Part shown: positions 29,583-40,271 of the stretch, in pieces
How the letters are laid out: each line of letters opens with the position of its first letter
How positions within the stretch are numbered: position 1 is the first letter of the stretch
Source: Ferruginibacter sp.
GTDB lineage: Bacteria > Bacteroidota > Bacteroidia > Chitinophagales > Chitinophagaceae
NCBI GenBank assembly: GCA_019638485.1
Contig: JAHBTP010000005.1
Coordinates: 23,093 to 87,092 of the forward strand
DNA: 64,000 nucleotides
Direction: 5' to 3'
The notes under the pieces: model-generated
What the model saw: the letters and a program-made list of their open reading frames with translations, nothing else
Told to the model about the DNA's origin: nothing
Databases searched by the model: none
Program-made: the position numbers and the translations under genes

Positions 29583-30458
29583 TTAATAAAGAATTACTAA
29601 ACCTCCACAAAAATTTGGAGGGAAACTCGAATTTTCATTTCCAATCCAATTATAATTTTTTCTATCAAAAATTCGGTAAAATGTTTGACTATTTACTTTG
29701 GGAGGATGTGTTTCGTTGTCATAAAATAATCGAATAGGACTATTATAATGATTATTTGACGTTTGTATTTCAGGAGTCTCTTTGCTGATATTTTCATAAA
29801 AGCATTCTACTCCTAAGAATAGAATTTCTTCTGAGGTTATAATATTTTGTTCAGAAATGTCAACAAAGAAACTGGCATTTAAAAAATATTCTTTTTTTAA
29901 GATTATTGGTTTCTCAAGTAGTTCGTCAGATGGCATTCCTTTATCATCAGCTTTATAAATATGAAGCTTACAAATAAGGTTAGGAATTCGTTTGTTTAAT
30001 TTAACAGGAAGAAATACTTTTTCGATTTTATAGGTTTTCTTAATTTGTGTAAGATCAATTTTTATGGCATACTCCATTGACGTAGTAAATACGAGTGTGT
30101 TATGAGTAGAATATTTAAATGTACCGACATTTTGTCTCTCTCTCATTTTTGTGACAACTACTTCTGGGAGCATATTGATTTTCCTTTCAAGAAAAATAGT
30201 ATCTGAATTATGTATAACTACATTTCTTTTACTATACCCCGAATATTCAACCAATAAAGTGTCGAGTTCATTTATTTTAAGATTTACTACACCATAACGA
30301 TTGGAGTGAAATCCTTTATTGCTATTAACTACTTTAATTGTTGCATAAGGCAAAGGAGTTTTGTCCTCTGAGTCCGCTATAAGGATACTTTTATTTTGTG
30401 AAAATGAAATGAGCGTTTGCAAAAGCAAAAATAAGATTAACGGTATTCTTAAATTCAT
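29583..30458 (-). CDS. secreted hypothetical protein with N-terminal carboxypeptidase-regulatory-like (CarbopepD_reg) domain
   Basis: A signal peptide is followed by ILIADSEDKTPLPYATIKVVNSNKGFHSNRYGVVNL, which is typical of that beta-sandwich domain. The remaining ~190 aa are unassigned. The gene is very AT-rich. Confidence 0.55.
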   Translation of the reverse strand: MNLRIPLILFLLLQTLISFSQNKSILIADSEDKTPLPYATIKVVNSNKGFHSNRYGVVNLKINELDTLLVEYSGYSKRNVVIHNSDTIFLERKINMLPEVVVTKMRERQNVGTFKYSTHNTLVFTTSMEYAIKIDLTQIKKTYKIEKVFLPVKLNKRIPNLICKLHIYKADDKGMPSDELLEKPIILKKEYFLNASFFVDISEQNIITSEEILFLGVECFYENISKETPEIQTSNNHYNSPIRLFYDNETHPPKVNSQTFYRIFDRKNYNWIGNENSSFPPNFCGGLVILY

Positions 30459-30521
30459 TTAAGAAGTTTTAAAAGAAAAGGTGCTTACATACAAAGATAA
30501 ACACCTTTTCAAGTAGAAAGA

Positions 30522-31313
30522 TTATTGTTTGGTATAACCACAGCTATGTCTTATCCAAAAAGTATGGCGACAGCAATACTCCCAAGGTGCGGCAATATCA
30601 TATTCACCAGTATAAGCATTGAAAAGATATTTAACCCCCGAACTACACCTTTTTCCAAATCCCCAAGCTGGATGTTCAGGCATATTACCATATGGAGGTT
30701 CAGAATCAATTTCATCATAACTAAAAGGTGTTTCTCGTATAAAACTAAATAAGTCAAAATTATCATCCTCTGGTCGAACTGTCGCAATTCTATTCATAGC
30801 TTCCCGATTAAATTCGCCAATCTTTATTCTTTCGTAATTTTCATTATTCAAGTATTCTGGAAGAATTGTGAGTATGTACCTGAATTCTTCAAGAGTTCTG
30901 AAAATTACACCATCGATTTGAACGATTTGGTCATTGTTTAAAATGTAATCCATATTTTGCTCCTTATCTAATCTTGAGCTTGCATATTCTTCGCCATATT
31001 TTTCCATTCCATCACATGTGAAATCAATTGAATGGAGATATTCTTGGACTTCCGCATGAGTACTGTTATCCAAGAAATCAAGAAAATCCTCAAAAACTTC
31101 ATAATTAGCAAATACTAAGAAGCCATAATTACTTAATGTTAATTGCTCTGGAGCAGGACGACCATACGTAGAAGATTTTGACTTTTCTAGGTGCGCATTT
31201 TCTGTAGCCAAAATCGGAGTTTTCAGAACATCCTTCTTGCTACAACTTAACGCAAGTGTAGTGCATAAAATTAGAGTTATAAGCGAGTTGTTTAATGCAA
31301 TTTTAGTTGTCAT
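30522..31313 (-). CDS. hypothetical lipoprotein
   Basis: Has a lipobox (LALSC) and an acidic central region. The Cys/aromatic-rich tail is CSSGVKYLFNAYTGEYDIAAPWEYCCRHTFWIRHSCGY. I recognised no family. Confidence 0.55.
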   Translation of the reverse strand: MTTKIALNNSLITLILCTTLALSCSKKDVLKTPILATENAHLEKSKSSTYGRPAPEQLTLSNYGFLVFANYEVFEDFLDFLDNSTHAEVQEYLHSIDFTCDGMEKYGEEYASSRLDKEQNMDYILNNDQIVQIDGVIFRTLEEFRYILTILPEYLNNENYERIKIGEFNREAMNRIATVRPEDDNFDLFSFIRETPFSYDEIDSEPPYGNMPEHPAWGFGKRCSSGVKYLFNAYTGEYDIAAPWEYCCRHTFWIRHSCGYTKQ

Positions 31314-31676
31314 TATTTTTGATTTTTAATTTTTTGTATTTAAAGTTCCTCTACAAGTTCCTCAAATGCGATGGTGGTGATCTTTTGTTTTCTTTCATAA
31401 TAGTTATTTTTGAGAACTGCGGTAGCATGACCGCCAACTATATAATTGTTGATGACACCCTCATCTTACACAGGGCCAGGATGGCCACTTTAGCAAAGTT
31501 TGAATGGGTATTGATGAATTAAAAAAATAGGTTTAAAATCTCTTTCAACAGATATTCATCCTTTTAATGAGTAATCTTATTTCATAAATTGAGATTATTT
31601 AAACAATTGATGGCTTTTTTATAACTTTATTCAAATACAGCAGTTTTTGTTTAAAACCGTTACCTTATTTAAGGCT

Positions 31677-34600
31677 ATGAGTAAATTTTATATCATCTTC
31701 CTTGCATTTTTATTTTCCATAAAAATAGCTTTCGGTCAGGTGGTTGTTACAAACCCGGGTAACACCACTCCTAATTTAGCCGCAACTTATACTACGTTGG
31801 CTAATGCAATTTCCGCTTTAAATGGAGTTACAGCAATTACTGGGCCCGTGGTAATTACCTTAAACCCCGGGAATCCGCAAACAACACCAATTGGAGGATA
31901 TTCAATCAATTATTCTGCAACAGCAACCGTTGTAAATAATATACGGATTGATGGGGGCGGAAATACTATCACTGCCTACTCACCGCAAGCCTCCGGAAGT
32001 TATACCGATGCAATTTTTAAAATTATTGGTTCTGACTATTTAACGTTAGAGAATTTTGTATTACAAGAAAATCCACTAAATAATAAAATATCCAATTCCA
32101 CAAATAATATGACTGAGTGGGGTGTTGCCTTACTTGTAAACAATCAGATAAATGGGGCACAACACAACACAATCCGAAATAATACAATTTCATTAGATAA
32201 GACTTATCAAAATACTTTTGGAGTTTATAGCAACACTTCTCATGCCCCCAATAACATTTCGGTTGATAAGCAAGTTTTAAATGGCACAGCAGCTCCCAAC
32301 CACTATAATAAAATATATAGTAATTACATTTCTAATGTAAACATGGGTATAACTATTATCGGAAGTAGTAACCCACAATACATGGATGATGGAAACGACA
32401 TAGGTGGAAGTAGCTCTTCTACGGGAAATACAATTACGAATTTTGGCGGAAAATATGCTACGGCCTCATTCTTCTATAATTCCGGAGTAGTATATGGCAT
32501 CTTTTCAAACCATCAGATAAATGAAAACATCGCCTATAATACCCTCGAGAGTTCTACCCTAACAGGAAGTGGCACAGTACGGGGTATTGTAAAAACATAC
32601 AGCAAATTCAATCCCGATGTTAATGCAACAATTACTTCAACCATTGCACACAACATCATTACTTACGATAATCAATTTACAACCGGAACATTTGAACTAA
32701 TTAGAAGTGAGGCGCAAAATAGTGACCTGCCTAATTTCACGATTAACATTAACAATAACGAGCTTATTAATAACATTGCTCTTAATGTAGTAATAACAGG
32801 TATAATAAATACAGCACGGTATGGAACTTTAAACATTAACTACAACACATTTAAGAATAATATTCTTTCAGCATCATCAGGTACTTTCAGCGGTATTTCC
32901 AATACTGCTTTAATACCCGGCTTAATTAATATTAATAACAATATGTTTGGGGACTTTACAAGTTCTGCATTTAAATTTACAGCAGCTACACCCAGTGGAA
33001 CCATAAATGGAATTACTTGTACAACAACAAACAGTAATTTCTCCATAAGCAATAATAAATTTCGTGGTTTTGTATTTGATAATCCAGGTACAACAGTTAC
33101 AAATTATATTACTTATTTAAATGCTCCCACCACACCTACCAATGGTTTATTAAGCGCTAACACTTTTAAAAGGATTAATATTGAATCTTCAGGGCAAACC
33201 ACATTTATAAACAGGACCGGAGTAATGGGTGCAGGTGCAAATGCCACAGAGACGATTGATAAAAATATTGTTGATACGGTTATAAAAAATAATTCCGCAG
33301 GTAATCTTTATGGATTTTATGGTACCGGTAACTCCACTCCGGGTAATTCTTTTATTATTACCGGAAATAAGTTTCAAAACTGGTCAGGCCAAGCAGTAAA
33401 TGTTTCAGCAATAAATTCTAACGATGGTAGCAATTCCCTCCAGCTTATAAAAGTTGTAAATAACAATACAATCAATAATTGGAATTTTACCGGAACATCT
33501 ATTGTTAGCCCTATAATTATTAAAAATGCCTCTAACACTTCAAAAGCTTCCGGCAATACACTTATAAAGATTATAACAAGTACAAATTTAATAGGTATTA
33601 ACATTAATTCTACCGATGCAACCGGTGAAATAGAATTACTTAATAATATTATTGATACTATAAATTCGGAAGAAGGGTTTACCGGCATCAATGCTACAAC
33701 CACATCAGGTAGTGCTTTTGGATTTACTGTAAAATCAAACAAACTAACTAATATAAATTGCTTGAACCCCACATCCGGTAGTCAAATATCAGGTATATAT
33801 ATCAGTGGGGCAATGGGTGGAATTGTTGAAAAAAACATTTTAGGCAATATCACCGTTTCAGGATCTTCCTTTATTCTTAGCGGGATTCGATTAGCAGCAG
33901 TTTCAGGAGATAGTTATACGGTTCAAAATAATTTGATTGGAAAACTTAATGTAGTTGGCGGAGATGACCCCCGCACCATTCGTGCTATTTATTTAATGGA
34001 TGGCGGAGGTGCTAACAGTACTTATTATCTATATCATAACACGGTGTACCTAGATGCTTCAAATGGAGGGATTAACTTTGGCTCATGTGCCCTTTACTCT
34101 CAGGGTATAAACAATGCCACTTCAAACAAGGTAATTTTACAAAACAATATTTTAATAAATATTTCTGTTGCTAATGGAACAGGAGTAACGGCATCGTATA
34201 TACGAAATGGTGCTTCATTTACCAATTATGATAATGCATCCAATAATAATATATTTTATGCGGGAATACCATCCCCCAGCAATCTAATTTTTTCTAATAC
34301 AACTAATAACGATCAATTATTATCAGCCTTCCAAACTCGCATAGCGCCTGCAGAGTCTGCTTCACAAACTGAATTATCTCCATTCCTTTCTTTAAACCCC
34401 AACGACCCTACCTATCTCCACATAAATCCATTGGTAGTTACCCGTTCTGAAAGTGGAGGAATGGTAATATCTGCAGGAGTAGATACAGATATAGATAATG
34501 ATATTCGACATGGATATCCCGGTTATTCAGGTGCTGGCACAGCTCCAGATATTGGAGCTGATGAATTCAACGGTATAATAACTGAATTTGACGCTCCTGA

Positions 34601-37600
34601 CATTTCTTATACCGTTATCACTACGCCTAATTGTGTTTCGGTAGGAATGACACTAAGTAATGTAACGATTACTGATGCTAGTGGCATTCCTTTATCGGGT
34701 TTAGATGTTCCAAGAATTTATTATCATAAAAATTCAGACCCCTGGTATTCAACAGCAGGAAGTTTTAACTCCGGAACCGCATCTAATAGTGTATGGGCAT
34801 TTTCTATCGTAGAAGCCGATATGGGTGGAGTATCCGGAGGTGATGTAGTGGAATATTTTGTTGTTGCACAAGATATCAGTCCGGCAAAAAATGTTGGATC
34901 TTCACCTGCCGTCGGGCTTATTGCCACTAATGTACATACCATTGTTACACCACCAACGCCAAGCAATTTTTATACTGTTAATTATTCACTAAGCGGAACT
35001 TATACTGTAGGATCCGGTGGAAATTTCTCAACACTTACAGAAGCAATTAATGCCTATAACAATGCCTGTGCATTACTTGCTCCGGTTATTTTTTCTCTTT
35101 TAGATAATGACTATACTACTCCTACAGAAACATTTCCGATTGTTATAAACCAGCATCCAGATGCGAGCGCAACTAAAACACTTACCATTCGCCCTGCGAC
35201 ATCAGCTACTTCAACAATTAAAGGAAATAATAACTCTCAAATTATTTTATACGACGGCGCTGATTATGTCTTTTTTGACGGAAGACAAAACGGTATTGGT
35301 ACTTCACGAAACCTAACTATAAGTAATGAAGGTGTTGGAGTTACTATTCAATTTATTAATGATGCAACAAATAATATTGTACGCTATTCAAATGTTCAGG
35401 GAAGGAGAGCCAGTTCATTTTCAGGAGTGATATTTTTTGGTACTACTTCTATTCCTTCAGGCACAGGAAATAGTAATAATTTAATTGAGTATAATGCCAT
35501 TTCGCCCTCCAATGACTTTCCTACAAATGGTATTTACTCAGGAGGCACAGCCGGTAGCGGAAACGACAATATTGAAATTTCACACAATCTGATTTATGAC
35601 AACTTTAATCCGGCTTCAGATAACCATGGAATTTATGTTAGTGGATTAGGCACTGCAACTAATTGGAATATTCATAACAACAAGCTCTTTCAAACCGCTT
35701 TACGATTATTTGATGGAAGTAATAATCGTTTAGTTTATGGAATAAGAATTACATCAGGCAGCGGACATACAATTAAGGACAACAGTATAGGTTTTGCCAA
35801 TGAAAGTGGAACGGGGTCCACCATGCTGGTTGGCAACAACACCTTAATGCCGGGATTTCCAACAAGCTATACCCTTGCCGGCAGTTCAACCAACTTGCGT
35901 TACATTGGTATTGCAGGAGATTTTGAAAGTGGCCCTAAATCGAACATTGATGGAAATATCATAGGTGGAATAGCTATCTTCTCGGGAGCACCAACTTCCA
36001 TCCCCGGACATTTTACCGGTATTTATATTGAAGGAGGTCCTGTGGATATAGGAAAGATATCCGGAAATACTATTGGTTCTACTACTGACCAATCATCTAT
36101 CTATGTTGCATCTGCATCCTCCTCATATAATGAAGTGATAGGAATCCGCATGGTGCCCGCCCAGAATAGTGAAGTGGCCAACAATATCTTTGGCGGCATT
36201 TTAGTATCCGGAACAACTAATACAACAACGGGAAATTTCACCGGTATAAGTGCAGGTGGATCTGCTCAATATAATATTCATGACAACACTTTTGGCAATA
36301 ATACACCAAACAATATCAGGTTAGGATTTTCTACTTCAGGAGGAAATCTCTCTTCCACAGGAACACTTCAACCAACAGCAGAAACAGTTCCGGGTACTTT
36401 TACAGGAATATTCTGTAACCTCTCGCAAGCAACTCCTGCAGTTCCTTTAACTATAACGGGAAATACTTTTCAAGGATGGGAGGTGTCGCAAAAACTTACA
36501 GAAGTAAAAGCTATTCTTACCCAAAATGTAACGGTGTTTTTTATTACTGCAAATAATACAATAGTAACTGCAAGTAATAATAATGCAGGCTCTTATACCT
36601 CTCCATTTTTAAGATTTACTGAGCCTTCAACCAAGGAGTTGAAGGTTTTTGATATTGCTTCAAACTGCAAAAGTGCTGTAGTGGATAATAACTTTTTTGG
36701 CGAAATTCATTATGCTAAACCTACCATTCAGCCAGGCGCGAAAATGATTGTGGTGAATACCCAAGGAACAAGTGGAAATTTGTGTAGCATTTCAGGCAAT
36801 ACCTTTTATAAACTCAGCCTGCAGGAAGCAGAAGTTAGTTATATAGAACCGGCCTTTAACATGAGCAGCGGATTTACTTTAAATATTTTAAATAATAAAA
36901 CAGAAGACAGTACACAATTAAGTGGAAGGTTTTATGGAGTAAAGATGAATACCAATGCAGTTGCAGGAACGAATGTTCATTTAACCGGAAATAATTTTTC
37001 GAGGATTAAAACAGCAGGCAATACCTTCCTCATCTTCGATCAATTAAAAAGCGGTTTAAATAACTCCCCTAATAGAAGAGTTTTGAATAATAACTTTTCA
37101 AGAATCAATGCAAGTAATGGAATGCTTTCAGGAATATGGGCAGAATATACCGGTAGCACCAGCGCCTCAAATATTGACTCATTTGTAAACAACACCATTA
37201 AAGAACTTACTACTACCAATGGAGATATAAGCGGAATAACTATTAATAAAAATACCAATTCATCATCGGGAGTTGTTATTACACAAAATGAAGTAAGCTA
37301 TCTGAGCAGCTCCGGCCTAAATAGTAATGCAATAGGAATTTCTGCTAATCTACCTTCCACTAATTCTACTTCATTTATTTCTAACAACACTATTTACTCT
37401 ATTCTTACCGGATCCTCTGGCCGCTATAGCACCGGCTTACAAATTGGAAATAGTTCAACAAAGGTTGTTTCTAATGCCAATAAAATATATCAGATAAGTC
37501 ATACAGGAAATCCCGGCTATGTGAGTGGAATTCGTGTAGGCGATACCGGTATTGCATCACTGAATGAAATAAAATTGTATAATAATTTAATTGGAATATT

Positions 37601-40259
37601 ATCTGCCACAAACGCGGGAGACGCTACATTGCCGGTTGTAGTTGGTCTGAATATTTTCAATAATAACGCTGCAGGACAAATAGATGTTGTAAACAACACC
37701 CTATCTTTAAATACCACAGGCACTATTCCAAATTTTTCAACTGCAGGAATTTTTACCACTTCTAATGGGAATATAACTATTGAAAATAACATCGTGGCAA
37801 ATACAAGTGTACCGGGCAGCTCGGGAAAAACAGTTGTCCATTGGCGTAATGGACCCTTTTCAGCAGGTATAACCGGCTTTGCCAACGATTACTATTTAGG
37901 CTCTACTGCTCCTAACATAATGATTGGCTACGATGCAACGAATTCATATATCACATTAGCTGATTATAAAACAAACTTTGGAACCGATGAGCAAAACTCC
38001 GTTTCAGTTGCACCGGTATTTTTAAGTATTATTGGCGCCAACCCTTCATTCTTGCACCTTTCTCCGGTTAGCAATTGTAATCTATTAGGAATTGCAACGA
38101 ATGACCATCATTTATTACCTGCAGACTTTGATGGTGACTTACGCGAAATACCTCCTCCTGCAGGAAGTGTTACCAGCATTGGAGCAGATGAATCATTTAA
38201 AGGAAATGTTTGGACGGGTGCAAGTAATACACAATGGAATAATGCAGCTAATTGGAGTATGGGAACGGTTCCAAACAGCAATACCGAAAACGTGTTTATC
38301 ACCTTACTTCCTCCAGCTAATCAACCTACCATAGCCAGTAATGAAATATTTCAGGTTCAAAGGTTATTTATTTCATCCGGTGCTATACTCAATAATTACG
38401 GCACTCTAAAAATAGCCGGAGGTATTAAAGGGAATTCCGGAAGCATAAATAATATTAACGGCGGGAATGTGGAAGGTTCAATTGAATACAATACATTCTG
38501 TAATGTGCAACAACAAATTGAAGGAAGTATATTTTATGATAACAAAATTAATAACCTAATTATTAGCGGAAACACAGAACTATCTTCAGGCGTGGGTGAA
38601 GAGCTATATATCCATGGTGCATTATCCTTTGGAGCAGTAAGTTCAAAGAATTTTAAAACAAATGATAATATAATTCTAGTATCTAAAGAGAATCAAACGG
38701 CATGGGTAGGGAAAATAACCAATAGTAATAAAATTATCGGAAAAGCAACTATTGAGCGCTATATCAATACCGGGTTAATTGCTGATGGAAGACATATAAA
38801 GTCTTGGCAGTTTTTAGCCACACCAATTACTTCTGGCTCCTCACCTTCAATTTATTCATCATGGCAAGAAAATGGTACCGCGCCAACCGGCTACGGAACT
38901 ATTATAACGGGAACGGGTAGTGGCTTTGATATAACAACAAACGAGCCATCGATGAAGTGGTATGATGGAACACTTGGTGTAAACGGAGAATGGGTGGGCA
39001 TTACAAATACAGCAAGTGCAATTAGCCAACCAAAAGGATATATGGTTTTTGTAAGGGGAGACCGGTCGGTTACTACATACAATGCAGATGCCACGCCAAC
39101 CAATATGCGTATAAAGGGCGAATTATTTCAACCCGGTACACCGCCTCCTACTGTCTCTGTTCCTGCGGCAAAATGGGCATCCGTTGGGAATCCTTATGCC
39201 GCGGCTATTGATGTTGAATACATGAAAGATAATAGCCTGTTTACCAACTTAACTAACGATGTAGTAGTATGGGACCCTTTGCTTGCAGGTTCGTATAATT
39301 TAGGTGGATATCAAACCCTGGCTGCTGCAAATAACTATGAACCTACTGCAGGCGGAACAGCATATTACCCAGCAGCTACTGCATGTAAAGAAATTCAAAG
39401 TGGCCAGGCATTCTTTGTTAAGTCTTCAGGATCTGCAGGACAGGTATCCTTCACCGAAGATTGCAAATTAGATGGAAGCCGGTTAGTTAATCGAGATATT
39501 TTAAATGATGACCGTTGGTTTTTACGCGCCAAGCTATACACCAATGAGCAAATTATATGCGATGGTAATGCTGCGGTGTTTTCAACATCCTATCATAAAG
39601 GGATAGACGAGAATGATGCATCAAAGATGTTTAATAGCGGTGAAAATTTTTCTATTGTAATAGACAATGAGCTGTTTTCCGTAGAAGCACGTTCAACACC
39701 GGTTACGGGAGATACTGTTTATTACAGCTTGAAAAATCTAAAACAACAAGTATATAAAATAGTTTTTTCGCCTCATGGGAGACCATCAAGAAGACTTACA
39801 CCCTTTTTAATTGACCGTTATTTAGGTACATCAACAGCACTGTCATTAGTAGGCAGTACGGAAATACAGTTTAGGATTTCTGCTGACCAAAACTCTAAAC
39901 GCACTGACCGCTTTTATATTGTTTTTAAAGATAGAAACCGACATTCCTCAACTATCCCTATTGGAGAATACACCATTAGTAAAAAACCAATCGAATACCC
40001 AATTAAAATTTCTTTAAAGAACAACCCGATAAGCAATTTTATGCTAAACCTGCGATATGAAGGATTAGCAGGCGGGAATTATCCTTTGGTCATTCTGGAT
40101 ATACAAGGAAGAGAAATATTAAGCACCAAAATATTCAGTACAGGTAAATCTGCACAATGGTGCACCGTTTCTCTTCCTACCTTTTTACCACGAGGCCAAT
40201 ATATCATTCATATACCTACCGATAGAAATAATATAAACTTAAAATTTGTAGTTTGGTAA
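31677..40259 (+). CDS. giant (2860 aa) right-handed beta-helix repeat surface protein with T9SS C-terminal sorting domain
   Basis: The ATG at 31677 gives a signal peptide (MSKFYIIFLAFLFSIKIAFGQ). Hundreds of N/T/G/I-rich ~22-aa beta-helix-like turns follow. Two modules end in GADE (PDIGADEF, SIGADESF). The last ~80 aa (NPISNFMLNL...LDIQGREI...) look like a type A Por/T9SS CTD. Confidence 0.9.
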   Translation: MSKFYIIFLAFLFSIKIAFGQVVVTNPGNTTPNLAATYTTLANAISALNGVTAITGPVVITLNPGNPQTTPIGGYSINYSATATVVNNIRIDGGGNTITAYSPQASGSYTDAIFKIIGSDYLTLENFVLQENPLNNKISNSTNNMTEWGVALLVNNQINGAQHNTIRNNTISLDKTYQNTFGVYSNTSHAPNNISVDKQVLNGTAAPNHYNKIYSNYISNVNMGITIIGSSNPQYMDDGNDIGGSSSSTGNTITNFGGKYATASFFYNSGVVYGIFSNHQINENIAYNTLESSTLTGSGTVRGIVKTYSKFNPDVNATITSTIAHNIITYDNQFTTGTFELIRSEAQNSDLPNFTININNNELINNIALNVVITGIINTARYGTLNINYNTFKNNILSASSGTFSGISNTALIPGLININNNMFGDFTSSAFKFTAATPSGTINGITCTTTNSNFSISNNKFRGFVFDNPGTTVTNYITYLNAPTTPTNGLLSANTFKRINIESSGQTTFINRTGVMGAGANATETIDKNIVDTVIKNNSAGNLYGFYGTGNSTPGNSFIITGNKFQNWSGQAVNVSAINSNDGSNSLQLIKVVNNNTINNWNFTGTSIVSPIIIKNASNTSKASGNTLIKIITSTNLIGININSTDATGEIELLNNIIDTINSEEGFTGINATTTSGSAFGFTVKSNKLTNINCLNPTSGSQISGIYISGAMGGIVEKNILGNITVSGSSFILSGIRLAAVSGDSYTVQNNLIGKLNVVGGDDPRTIRAIYLMDGGGANSTYYLYHNTVYLDASNGGINFGSCALYSQGINNATSNKVILQNNILINISVANGTGVTASYIRNGASFTNYDNASNNNIFYAGIPSPSNLIFSNTTNNDQLLSAFQTRIAPAESASQTELSPFLSLNPNDPTYLHINPLVVTRSESGGMVISAGVDTDIDNDIRHGYPGYSGAGTAPDIGADEFNGIITEFDAPDISYTVITTPNCVSVGMTLSNVTITDASGIPLSGLDVPRIYYHKNSDPWYSTAGSFNSGTASNSVWAFSIVEADMGGVSGGDVVEYFVVAQDISPAKNVGSSPAVGLIATNVHTIVTPPTPSNFYTVNYSLSGTYTVGSGGNFSTLTEAINAYNNACALLAPVIFSLLDNDYTTPTETFPIVINQHPDASATKTLTIRPATSATSTIKGNNNSQIILYDGADYVFFDGRQNGIGTSRNLTISNEGVGVTIQFINDATNNIVRYSNVQGRRASSFSGVIFFGTTSIPSGTGNSNNLIEYNAISPSNDFPTNGIYSGGTAGSGNDNIEISHNLIYDNFNPASDNHGIYVSGLGTATNWNIHNNKLFQTALRLFDGSNNRLVYGIRITSGSGHTIKDNSIGFANESGTGSTMLVGNNTLMPGFPTSYTLAGSSTNLRYIGIAGDFESGPKSNIDGNIIGGIAIFSGAPTSIPGHFTGIYIEGGPVDIGKISGNTIGSTTDQSSIYVASASSSYNEVIGIRMVPAQNSEVANNIFGGILVSGTTNTTTGNFTGISAGGSAQYNIHDNTFGNNTPNNIRLGFSTSGGNLSSTGTLQPTAETVPGTFTGIFCNLSQATPAVPLTITGNTFQGWEVSQKLTEVKAILTQNVTVFFITANNTIVTASNNNAGSYTSPFLRFTEPSTKELKVFDIASNCKSAVVDNNFFGEIHYAKPTIQPGAKMIVVNTQGTSGNLCSISGNTFYKLSLQEAEVSYIEPAFNMSSGFTLNILNNKTEDSTQLSGRFYGVKMNTNAVAGTNVHLTGNNFSRIKTAGNTFLIFDQLKSGLNNSPNRRVLNNNFSRINASNGMLSGIWAEYTGSTSASNIDSFVNNTIKELTTTNGDISGITINKNTNSSSGVVITQNEVSYLSSSGLNSNAIGISANLPSTNSTSFISNNTIYSILTGSSGRYSTGLQIGNSSTKVVSNANKIYQISHTGNPGYVSGIRVGDTGIASLNEIKLYNNLIGILSATNAGDATLPVVVGLNIFNNNAAGQIDVVNNTLSLNTTGTIPNFSTAGIFTTSNGNITIENNIVANTSVPGSSGKTVVHWRNGPFSAGITGFANDYYLGSTAPNIMIGYDATNSYITLADYKTNFGTDEQNSVSVAPVFLSIIGANPSFLHLSPVSNCNLLGIATNDHHLLPADFDGDLREIPPPAGSVTSIGADESFKGNVWTGASNTQWNNAANWSMGTVPNSNTENVFITLLPPANQPTIASNEIFQVQRLFISSGAILNNYGTLKIAGGIKGNSGSINNINGGNVEGSIEYNTFCNVQQQIEGSIFYDNKINNLIISGNTELSSGVGEELYIHGALSFGAVSSKNFKTNDNIILVSKENQTAWVGKITNSNKIIGKATIERYINTGLIADGRHIKSWQFLATPITSGSSPSIYSSWQENGTAPTGYGTIITGTGSGFDITTNEPSMKWYDGTLGVNGEWVGITNTASAISQPKGYMVFVRGDRSVTTYNADATPTNMRIKGELFQPGTPPPTVSVPAAKWASVGNPYAAAIDVEYMKDNSLFTNLTNDVVVWDPLLAGSYNLGGYQTLAAANNYEPTAGGTAYYPAATACKEIQSGQAFFVKSSGSAGQVSFTEDCKLDGSRLVNRDILNDDRWFLRAKLYTNEQIICDGNAAVFSTSYHKGIDENDASKMFNSGENFSIVIDNELFSVEARSTPVTGDTVYYSLKNLKQQVYKIVFSPHGRPSRRLTPFLIDRYLGTSTALSLVGSTEIQFRISADQNSKRTDRFYIVFKDRNRHSSTIPIGEYTISKKPIEYPIKISLKNNPISNFMLNLRYEGLAGGNYPLVILDIQGREILSTKIFSTGKSAQWCTVSLPTFLPRGQYIIHIPTDRNNINLKFVVW

Positions 40260-40271
40260 TTATTATAAGTA

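Noticed and set aside
31343-31465. Tyrosine-recombinase C-terminal remnant next to the putative att repeat
   Set aside because: The frame is only 41 codons, and a G-H-x8-Y spacing is the sole evidence. Its orientation would place the missing N-terminus across the putative att site. I mention it in the islet finding but do not call it a feature.
27216-31492. Intact prophage, ICE or transposon
   Set aside because: The islet has no integrase, transposase, conjugation or phage structural genes. Only relics are present, so I describe it as a decayed islet rather than a mobile element.
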